DNA from: Phoronis australis
Lineage: Eukaryota; Animalia; Phoronida
Direction: 5' to 3'
Length of the DNA stretch: 64,000 nucleotides
Assembly (NCBI GenBank): GCA_002633005.1
Contig: NMRA01000176.1
Location: 628,175-692,174, forward strand
Every line of letters starts with the position of its first letter. The first letter of the stretch is position 1. Shown in pieces: positions 47,966-59,300 of the stretch. A program made the position numbers and the translations under genes. The notes under the pieces are model-generated. The model did no database searches, was not told the DNA's origin, and saw only the letters and a program-made list of their open reading frames with translations.

Positions 47966-50361
47966 TTACACTAGGTTCAACGTGGAGTTGGAATTAATCA
48001 CTTGCGACATTCTCGTAGAGAAAGGTGATTTTACCAAAATTTACAGATCCATCTCAATTGCTTTTCAGTAGCTGCCAAACGCTCTTCCGCTAAGTCAAAT
48101 CCCTGGCGCTAAGTCGTGGTATATTTTAAGCCCATTTAAGTGGAAAAGACACCAGTCTTGATTTCAGCGAATATCTGGCAGACAACTGCGAGTATTGGTG
48201 GCTTGTAATAAACTGATAAGAACGCAACGGGTTTTGTTATTTTATAGTTGTGGCCAAAGTTATAAAACCCAAGATGACCATTCAGCCCAACAATGATACG
48301 AAAATTGCGTTTTCGACCAAAAAAACGATAAATCAAATCGGTAAAATTTTGAAAGGTCTAGCCAACCCAAAATTTTCTCAAACCGTTTAGCAACTTTTAT
48401 GCTCTGAGCCGTGCACGTGATTTTTGTTTTGAAAAATAATGTCCTATCGTGGTAATTTGAAATTATTATTGCAGAAGTATGTGATCCTGTTTTGATCTTG
48501 TTTAGTCACACATACAGGTAAACATGGCTTGTACGACCATAGGGTCCAGTGTGAATATCTCAGTAACACGTACATCTACATATATAAGTTCAAGTCTTCA
48601 TACGTTTACATTCGCTACAATACCTTGCAGTTGAATAGGAATCAATTCAATTGACTGCTTTCAAGTAGTCCCAGATACTAGAGCCCTAGTTCAGTGCTAT
48701 GCAATTGAACGCGTCTATAACACCTACATGTAATCAATCACATTCGTCTGAATACACTTTTGAGAGACATCAATAGTTTAAAAAGGATCTGTTTCTAAAC
48801 AAGAAGGAGTTAGACTACAAACTGCGCTTTTACGGTCACATTTCACGATTGTGTACCGGCATTTCAAATACAGACGTCGCTGGCATATTTTTGTTCAGGA
48901 TGAAGATTCATAAGTACGACTTAAAAGTACTTTAATTATTACCTGAGACTTGCCGCAGGTGAAGTCTGGTGCTATAAAAGGTAATTTACCATCGAAATTA
49001 CCTTGCCGCTTCCGTAAACAACGGTGGGTGCGTCCGTTAGCCTACTCCCCTAGCTAGGATCATCAGAGTTATCGTGTGATCGGTAGAATTTGGCCAAAGT
49101 TCGAAATTTGCGTTGTCCATCGGGACAAACAGAGATAATGTTGGAAAGGTCACAGACAAGATAATTGAACCATCACATGACACGCAAACAGTTAGACGCA
49201 TATATGGAGTCACCAGTGTCTAAGGCGAGTTCTCTTAATGTTCTCAGTGATTTTAAAATTATTTAAAACTTTGTTTAGATCTGAATTTCGCTTTGTTCAG
49301 CTTTATGAAAAGCGAAAACCGAATTAAGTCATGGACTTTCATAAAGTCGGTCTCATAATATTCCTTACCATGATATAGCATTTTGTTTTCGTCACCAAGG
49401 AGAACATCGAAACTGCGGGTGATAAAGAACAGATTTGACGAGTCTTTTAACCACCAAAACCGGGCGAAAAAAAGAATAAACGATAAAGGCATTTTTTGGT
49501 TCATTCTCCACTAAAGTGTGCAACTGGAAAAAATTCTGTGAAAAAATAAAGTTGTCAGTATTGCTTAAAAATGTGTTGGAATAAGATTGTTAATGTAAGT
49601 AGCGGAAAGACACAAAAGGGCTGATTCATAACTACTAATTTTGGTTTTGCGAGTGGACATAAAAGGGGACCCAATTTTAACTTTCACAGATACGTTATTG
49701 GGCGGAATTTTAATTGATCGTGGATATTTCGAAACATTTATACATTAAACTAGATATCATAAGTTTTTATGTAGTATACACCTCTGGGTTATGATAGGAA
49801 ACTTTGCTTGTTTACAATAAAAAAGATCTTCAATTTTATGGTTGCACTTTTGCCAAGACTACGAAAAAATAAATCAAATGCATGACAATAGATGTTACCT
49901 TGGAATGAGGCCACGTGTATTTTATGTGAGTCTAAAACAAGGCGACTTGCAGGCAATGGCGACACTGTGAAGGTAGTTCACAGACAGTAAATGAAAGAAA
50001 ATTGTCAGTGGCATGACTTAAACAAAGCCATACCTTTCATAGCGTATCTATGAAGAATTTACCATCACATTAAAAAAGAGCCTGGAAAAGATTTATAGGC
50101 AGTGTTGGAAAGCTTACTTGAAGTTAAGTTATGTCATTTAAAGATATTTTTGCTTATATGTATCGTTTGTGGTCATATTTTGTACACTGGCTTATATTTC
50201 TAGTACTCCCCCCCAAGAACCTCTCCAAACAAACCTCAAGTTGATTATTTTGCTCCAACGAAGGCTACAAGCATCAATAATTAACCAAAACTTGTAGCGT
50301 TTGACCAATAGATTATTAAAAGAAAACGTAAACTATGGGTCTGAAAAGAATTTTATCTATT

Positions 50362-50742
50362 ATAAAAATAAATCGGTAAATAAAACAACAAGAATGGATC
50401 AACTGAAATTTGAAATTTTCGGATGTAATAACTTCCTTTGTCAACAAAAACAGAAATAAAGTAAAATCAAACACTATATGACAATTGACATATAAGATAT
50501 GGTGTAATGAATATGATACATTTTTACGTAAAAAAAAAAATCAATGACATATTTTAAGAAGTTTTTATGTTCAATTCATGAGGTTCTATTGTATTGAGCT
50601 TGTCTATCCAATATTGTTCTCTTTTGAGTCTGTGAGGGGTACTGGGGGTGATGGAGTTTTTCTATTATTACCTATAGGTAATCATTTCAATTCCAAAAAA
50701 CATTATATTCAATATCTTTCTGTACAAATAATAGAAAAACTC
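50362..50742 (-). mobile_element. Penelope-like element 3' fragment with 5' inversion
   Basis: 50362-~50668 is the reverse complement of ~51835-52135; 50672-50742 is a direct copy of ~51779-51850, giving an inverted junction. Confidence 0.85.
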
Positions 50743-51227
50743 TGGCAATAACTTTACTGACCTCGTCAAAGATGTAACTGATCACGTTTTGAATCTATCG
50801 GCTTTATCTTCAGGCTGTCGATTTTGGCGCAATCAGACAATATATGTCAGTTCCTCCAAAATGGAACACGACAGCAAGGGAAGATGGTGACATTCCTTTT
50901 GTACATGTACTTCGTATCAACTAAATTGATAACGTATCTATCACATAACGTATCGCTGAAACCAAAAACAAAACTGACGACGCATGACACAATTCTGAGG
51001 ACAGGAACGAAACGACCACTTCAATACACTGTTACAGTAATCCCAACAGCCCTTACATTCCCAGGATGCCTCCCAGTTTCACTAAATGTAATAACGTATC
51101 TATGAAAACAATTGGGTAACAATTTGAATTTCTTACTTCAGAGACACTGCAGCTCTCTCTGTTAATATCTATGAAATTAATGAGTTTGTTTCCTGGACCA
51201 GGGCGTGGACGGCCCCTCTAAAGCATT

Positions 51228-52135
51228 TCCCCTTACATCTTATACACAAACAGTTTGACAAAGTCCGCTCAATTACTCGAAATGAATCTTTAAGAACTAA
51301 AACCAAAGGCAATACTACTAATAGAATACCTTTCATAACTATGTTCAATCCATGTTTAAACGGAATTAGCCACATCTTCAAAAAACATCTTTCTACGCTG
51401 CATATTTCCCCTCAAATGAAAAACCTATTTCCTCATCCCCCTATAATTTCTTGGAGAAAATGTAAAAATCTAAAAAATTATTCAGTTAAAGCTAATATCG
51501 ACAATATACACCAAACTGACAAACCTATTGGCAACACACAATGTAACAAAACTAGGTGTAAAATGTGTAACTTCATCAACGATAGCACTTTTTTCCAGTC
51601 TTCCCAAACCAATGAAAACTTTGAAATAAACATTATTCTGATTGCACCACCAACAATATTATTTACCTTATAACTTGTAAAAAGTGTTCTATCCAATACG
51701 TAGGACAAACTCAACATAATCTACAAACTCGGTTTCGTAATCATAGATTTAACATAATACATAAAAACATTTCTGATACTATAGGTAATCATTTCAATTC
51801 CAAAAACCATAATATTCAATATCTTTCTGTACAAATAATAGAAAAACTCCAACACCCCAGTACCCCTCACAGACTTAAAAGAGAACAATATTGGATAGAC
51901 AAACTGAATACAATAGAACCTCATGGATTGAACATAAAAACTTAAAATATGTCATTGAATTTTTTACGCAAAAATGTATCATTTTCATTACACCATATCT
52001 TATATGTCAATTGTCATTTCGTGTTTGATTTTACTTTATTTCTGTTTTTGTTGATAAAGGAAGTTGTTACATCCGAAAATTTCAAATTTCAGTTGATCCA
52101 TTCTTGTTGTTTTATTTACCGATTTATATTCTTCA
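51228..52135 (+). mobile_element. 5'-truncated Penelope-like retroelement (RT C-terminus plus GIY-YIG endonuclease), frameshifted
   Basis: ..RIPFITMFNP..PPIISWRKCKNLK..CNKTRCKMCNFI / DCTTNNIIYLITCKKCSIQYVGQTQHNLQTRFRNH..IGNHF..RLKREQYWIDKLNTIEPHGLN. Confidence 0.92.
52047..52086 (+). ncRNA. Minimal type I hammerhead-like motif (U3-A8 variant) in the Penelope 3' repeat; second copy 50409-50448 (-)
   Basis: TTTG-TTGATAA-A-GGA-loop-TCC-GAAAATTT-CAAA: stem I TTTG/CAAA, stem II GGA/TCC, palindromic AATT as stem III. Confidence 0.55.
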
Positions 52136-53537
52136 TTTCATGAAACAATAGTATCCTTGGGAGGATCTGGATCGCCTTATTTAGTTTCAGATATATTTTC
52201 TACGTTATTTTTCCTGAACACGTAATGTTTTGACAATAAAAAAGCGTGACAATATTAGTTGACAGTGTAAATGTAAGTCCAGGGATGAGTCATTTGCACT
52301 CATAACGTATCTATGACTGACTTGTGACAACTATATTTTCTTCACCTGAATTTAAAAAAGACATTGGTCGGACTTTATACCAACATTTTTTCTTCGATTA
52401 ATATCTGTACCTAAAATGTGTAACCTTACTAATCTGGCAACAAACGTTGAAAGAAAAATATGCCAAACGTACGCAATTCACTATGCCATGTGACAGCAAA
52501 AAACACCGAAAATGGGACTTCAAGCCTCAGACAGTTCAAAAACTGTCCAACTTAGAACAAAAAATTGTATTGCCCATGGCTCCATTGATAGCAAAGTTAA
52601 GTTTGACTAAAAAAAACGGGAGTGGTTTTGAACAATTTAATTGTTTTTTTCGACGTGTGACATCGTTTTTTGGATTGCGCACTTTGGAGAATGAACCGGT
52701 AATGCATTTGAAAGGGAGTAAATTTACTGAATTTATTAGTTTGACCAGAACTGCATTTATAAAGCAACAAAATCCACTTTGTGATTTTATTACACTGAAT
52801 CGCCGTTTTTTGCCGTTGTCTGTCAGATATTCGCCTAAAGCAAAGTCGGTCACTTAATTAAACAATTTAGATGCACCACTTAAAGCGTGGAGTTTAGCTC
52901 CGCTAGCAGAACGTTAGACAGTCGGACCGCGGGTTGACAAATTCCTTAGCGCTGTGTTGTGGCTGATCTCAGAAAATCACTTTAATTCCTCGTCCACGAT
53001 GTCCCCTTAAGGTAATTTAGAGGCCTGAAAACTGTCCAAGCGTGGCTAAATTTGATCTTCATAACTCAGAAACGGTTGAGCGGGATACTACAAGCTTTAT
53101 ACACAGTTCTTCACGACGCAATAAGAATTGTATTTGAAATGTTCTCTTTTTGATTGAGGGCTATCAAAATGGGACTTTTTGCAATGTTTATGAAAAAAAT
53201 AAAATTTGAATAAAATGAAAACTAAATTTACCCATGTTCTTGATTCCATTGCTTTCCTATGAATGTACTGATTTCTTTTTCGCTAATTTTTCTAATTACA
53301 CGAGGCCACGTAATGACAGATTAGCACGAAGTCAACAATCAACTACAGGCTTTCAATTTTCAGAATATATCTACTTTTAATGACTAAAGAGTCTATAGTT
53401 ATGAAGATATTTGGCTAAAAACATAGTCAGAGCTGTCTATGTAATCCCGCTTAGTTTCCGTGTGAGCGATAATCTATGGAGCACACAGACATTGGCGTTA
53501 GTAATACCCGTGTCCAGTCGAATTTTGCGGCTTCGTA

Positions 53538-54239
53538 CAGTACAGCCACTGAATTTTTAGACTTCGTCCGGGCTACCTCACGCCTGGCCAGACCGGAGCG
53601 CAACCGGAACGCAGGCGTGACAGAAATCAGTCACGGTCGCCTCACGGCTACTCTCCGGGTAGTCCTCACGCTTACCTCCGGCTTAGTTAACGCCTTCCTC
53701 ACGCATGATGCCGGAACTTGCGATCAATGTGCTCAGAATTGACATGGTATGCTCCTTCATATCGTGAAGGCAATTGAATATTTTCGCCATGTACACTCGT
53801 GTTAAAATTCTTTATTATTTTATATAAAAACAAATAATTATATATAAGTGAAAAGTAAAGTCCACAGGTCTGTTTCCTGAAGTAACTTAAGATTTGAGAC
53901 GGAAATTTTGGTCTTTTACTGAACGTAACTATTTAAAAAAAATTAAACCTCACATGAGCAAAAGTCTATGAGAATACACACATCACTGCTAGTTACTGAT
54001 ATAATTTTAATAAATTACTTTTTCATCTGCGATGCAGGTAAACTCACGCCTGGCTCACGGCTGGCTCACGCTTCGTTCAAGCCTAACTCACGGTAAGCTC
54101 CGGGTACAGCCACGCTTAGGCTCACGCCAGCTGTTACGGTTGATTCACGCCTTACTCTCCGGTCTGTCTCCGGTTACGGTCACGGGTGGCTAGACCGAAG
54201 AGACACCGGAGAGAGTCTAATAATTCAGTGGCTGTACTG
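53538..54239. mobile_element. 702-bp MITE, Tc1/mariner(pogo)-like, TA TSD
   Basis: TA|CAGTACAGCCACTGAATTTTTAGACT ... AGTCTAATAATTCAGTGGCTGTACTG|TA; subterminal arrays of CTCACG/CTCCGG motifs. Confidence 0.88.
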
Positions 54240-55305
54240 TACATGTATACAATGAACGTTTGCCTACCGAACACATGCGCGTATTAACAAGCTCCTGCCG
54301 CCCCATATACAAACTAATGCGTCTTTCAAAAAGTTTTTTGCACACTAACGCCAACGTTTCACAATTAATACTGTACCTTTGTAACGTAGGTCATAAACCG
54401 GACATTGTGTACTTTTGTTCATTTATAGTACTTTTAATTAATAATTTAATTTCAAATAGGAAACGTACCGACGTCTACCAACTTGCAAATGATAAGCGAA
54501 CCTTCATCGCACGGTGCATGAAGTCCTATACGGCATAAATGCTTACAAACAACACCTGGGCCCAAATTTAAGGAGACATGGAATAGACTTCCTGTTGACA
54601 TTAGCTTTGACCAGAGTTATAAAACAACAAATCCCTGTGGAGGATTTAGAGGGGGTTGGGGTAAGGCCCCCTAAAATTCTTCCTAATTCTTTCTAATGGA
54701 TTCAACTCCCGAGTTACTGTAAAAATAATTTTCTCGCCTAGAATGTCCCTTTAATGGACATTGAAAGCAGTTTTAAAGTCGTAACAAACCGTGTTCTTGT
54801 TTCAAAAACGTTGTTTCTTGATAAAAGTATTTATTTGTCACTGTGTTATTGTCCTTTGATTGCTATAAAACGCGATTCCCACAACGGCCGCTCTGCTTCT
54901 AGGGTCTCTAACCATAAAAAGTAACACATTTTTGGTATCAACTTACATTTACATAATTGTGTTGTTAAAAATTGGCCTGTTGATATCATACAAGTAAGAA
55001 TTAGTCTCCATACGCGCCATATGTTGGTCACACCACGTGGCCTATATTCAAGTCTGAAGATGTCTGTCCTGACCAGGCTCAAACCCAGGACTGTCTGCAA
55101 ACGGTGCAGACGCTCTTGTACAATGAATAAAAAGTCTGCTGTCACTGAAAATATGTGGACCACAATTCTTGCATTGCTTTTCATAAGTCAAATAAACCTT
55201 TTTCACTGCACAAAATTTAGAAAGCTGTGCATACTGAATGTTATCAAGTTGTGTATATTTATAACTGCATATCAATATGTAAATCTTGAACTGGATGGGA
55301 ATATA

Positions 55306-55378
55306 CAGTGGCGGATTTAGAGGGGGGCCAACACTCTGTCCTGTCCCCCCTAACTCAAAAATCCTGGATCCGCCCCTA
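55306..55378. mobile_element. 73-bp mini-MITE with hAT-like termini and 5-bp TSD
   Basis: ATATA|CAGTGGCGGATTTAG ... CTGGATCCGCCCCTA|ATATA; left terminus shared with 42509. Confidence 0.75.
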
Positions 55379-56328
55379 ATATATATCCAAACATTTACAA
55401 GTCTGGTCAGCACGCCACCTGCTGGCCACATCACACAACAAAAGAAACTAATGAATATTACTTGGAAAGATCCACTTCCTCATTCACTTTATTTGACCAA
55501 CAACTAAATATACACTACCAGGAAATGTAATTCATGTTAACCAACCATACTCTGCATTCAACCCTTGTTTTGTTTAGGGACTCTTCATCACCCTTTTCAT
55601 GAGGACACAAACCTTATGCTTTTCCCCAACATCCTTACTCCAAAATGTTACAAAATGGCCAAGCTTTAATAAAGTCAATGTTTATGTATTTGCATGTGAG
55701 CTTCAGCATTAAATGTCAGGATTGATTTGTATAGTAATATGGTAAAAACTTGAATCTCATTTTTAGACAATTCTACGTGTATTGTATTTTTGACACATCG
55801 GACTTAGGAGACATTTCTGATACTAGTTGTTTTGCAGTGTTTTTACGATCAAAACGTGATTATTAAACATTGTGGACTTTCGTTCCTTGACATCGCCATT
55901 TTTACGACGTCAAAAGCGTACGCTAGCAACAAGCCTTGATTCTCCACTAAAGCGTACGGTTTGTACGCTCATGAAAATGGCCATATTTGTGCCCGTTCCC
56001 TTACATTCAGTATATTTCCAGGTAAAGCTGAGATACTGTTATTTTACACCTGAAGCAGCCCCACCAAATCCATCAGAAACGCTGCTTGAGGAAAATGAAA
56101 ACTAAGACAAAAGTCCGCATTATCAGATGGGCAACCAGCACAGTGAGAATAGTCCTTGCACTTTGACATTGATCTTGCAGTGTTCTTGCAATTGGCCTCC
56201 TTGTCCAACCAGCTGATATTGCATACAGAGCTTTCTACCCAAGTAAGGTGAGTTGCTCATGTCAATACCTGCAGATTCCTCACCACAACAGTTCATACAA
56301 TATATAACACGATGCCCCTTCGATGAGC

Positions 56329-59300
56329 CTACTTCAACAGGGACCATTTAAGTTGCTCCTTTGCAGACTGCAAAACCTGTAAAGACAACAGGACAATGGT
56401 TAGATTCAAGCATTCAAAGCACGGAAACGCATTTAAGTCCAGTCTTGCTTTAACATAGACAAAGTTACGCGGTGTGGTTCTTCTAGTTTGAACACTAGGC
56501 CCTCTCCACACGAGTCAGACTTCGCTTTACTCAGATAAAGCAACTCAGTCCGGTTGGATCTGACTCATGCAAATTTTACCGCAGTTCTCAAAAAATTTGA
56601 AAACATCTTCTTGCCACAAAAATAAAAGAACTTCTGAGCTGAAATCTTCAGGAAATGGCTGAACAATCAATCTTATTTCCTAAACGATTTTCACCAAATT
56701 CGTGAGAGGTACATGTACACGAATTTTGGCGAAACTTATCAACCGTCTTTGGAAAACTGTTAAACTAATGGTGACATTTCTGAATACCAATTGCAACGTT
56801 CATCACTGGAGCACAGCAAATATTCTGTAGCACAGAGGGCATAAAGCACAGTGGAATGCCTGATGTTTCACAACCTCATTTTGGGAACTACTGTGGAAAC
56901 AATCACGGAGGTGCCATGATCCGCAGTAAGTGACTAGATAGTCACCACCTAGACATCTACAGTATTCCCAACAATTGAGATTGAAAGACCGTGAAAACAC
57001 AGAACACCTGGGATGAAATCTTGCAAGCAATCTGACACTGTGGCCAACATACAAGCTTGTTATTGTAATGTAAAGGGTGTTTCGAAAATGGACCAAATAT
57101 AAAAGACATTGTAAAAGGTCCCGATTTTTGGTGCATTTTCTTACAAGTGGAGAACTATTTTTTATGGATATACTCGATTCTCTTCGCCGGGTCAACTGGC
57201 TAAGATATCTGATTGGTTCTCAGTGACGACTCCTGGCTCACAGATGAATCAGACGTCTTAGCCAGTTGACTCAGTGCAACCAGCAAAGTCAATTAAGTGC
57301 AGCCTAAGTGTTGATGATATAGATGTCCAGAGATATCAATCACACATACATGTAGCACCATGATAGTGATTAGCTGGAGAGCACTAGGCGCTATACCTCG
57401 AGGGCGTGGCAACGACAACGAATCAAATCATCTGGCAGCCACTATTCCCAAAAGCTTGTAAGCCCAAGCGCACCTTGCTCTAGTGGGGTCAAGAAGAGTC
57501 ACTTGAAAAACCACAGCTGCAGTTAACCATGCTGCTTGTAGGCCAGACACTTTTTCATCACTATGTCGATGACTACTGTCTTATTACATTTAATGCTGAG
57601 GTAGTTAAAACATGAATATTTGAATTGCACAGTTCACTCTAAAAAATCATTTTCCCAATATTATTTACTGTAATAGGATTTCATGATTTTGCTTCCATTA
57701 ACCAAATCAAGCAACAGCTAATGCATACATGCAAAATTTTCAAATTCGCAATTTGGCCAACTCCAATATAACCTTAAGCGTTTTCTTGAATCGCTGATAG
57801 TTTTGATGTTCCTGTTGAGTACGAAAAGACAATCCCATCACAGTAGGGAATATTACGACAATGATCATTTTATGAGTAAAAGGCCCAATTCGACTTTCGT
57901 TTTTCAGCCACCTCGACAGGGTGAAATGCATCTTCAACCATTTGAAAGTCAGGCGACTTTTTCGTTGCAGAGCAGTAAGCAGCGACAGTAAAGAGATCAA
58001 TTTAATCCTTCCTCTGGCATTTGCAGTAGCGCCACTGTTGTGCGGCAATCAAACTAGAAGACCTTATTTTGTTACAACTGCTTCATTTAAACGCTCATTT
58101 TTTATTACGGTAAAACTTCACCAATTTAGCACACAACGTGGTGGACAGGTGAAATTCCATTTTTCATAAATGATGTAATATTACTGGCACAGTAGCAGAA
58201 TGATGCTTTGTCATGTCCAATTTCTGTATCACAGCTTCCAGCAGAAACATATTTTGAAAAATTGTGGGCATTCTCAACAATGTTAGATTACCTCGGAAAG
58301 TGAAACAAATGCAATATCGACAATTATTTTCATCCGAAATTGGTAACATCACCCGGAAGCTGACCATATCGGAGTCCAAATTTCATAAATCACACTCGAC
58401 GACTTAATTAAAAATGCCCATCTGCCTCAGACTTACAGACGCCGCCTGCAGTATTTTGATAAAGCTATCAAGCCAAGGCGATTGAAAATGTTCAATTACT
58501 GTAACTGCTCTGTTGTGTCACTTTGATGAACTTATCCAGGGAGCTAACCATGCATTACACATTTATCAACAAACTACAATGAAAGTGCTAATTCCTTTAT
58601 GGACTAGGCTGACTAAAACAACAGCAAGTTTTGAACTCCTACTCAACCTCCATCGGTAAAAAGTTTACGCAGTTTTATCATTCCTGTCTCAAAAAAATAA
58701 AAACTGGTTTCGTTCATCCAATTAGACAAGTCCATGCTGCCTCCACTCAGCGTGGCCGACAGACGGGTGGCCTCTCCATAAACTCCTGAATGTTTTCATT
58801 TGACCTCAAGCACAATGACTGTGACGGAGATCAGTCTTTGATCTCGTTGATGGAATAAAGGACTTTTCGATACAAAAGTTGACTGACTTTGATAGTTTAG
58901 CCAGGGTTAAGCATAACTTGCCGAAATCTTTTGGCATACAGTATGGATTAGGATGTGCCCCCCTTTGCGTATCACCTAATACACCTTAATATGTAAGTTA
59001 TTAGATAATGTCGTCCACACTTGGTATATACATAAACTTCAGACCGATATAACACTAAAACTGCTTCGGAATATTCTGGGTATCAGACATGCAGATTTTT
59101 CAGAAAATGTGCATGTTTCAGCTGTGAGTCGGGGTGCTTAAACCCATCTCTTATTAATAAGCACGATGACACCGTGAGATGAGTAGGTTCCTGTCCAGTA
59201 TCTAACCAGTTTAACAACTTCATAGTTACACGCTTATTTCTATTTAAGTTAATATATTTTTCTGTAGTTATATTTAAGCCAATACATGACACCAACTGAA

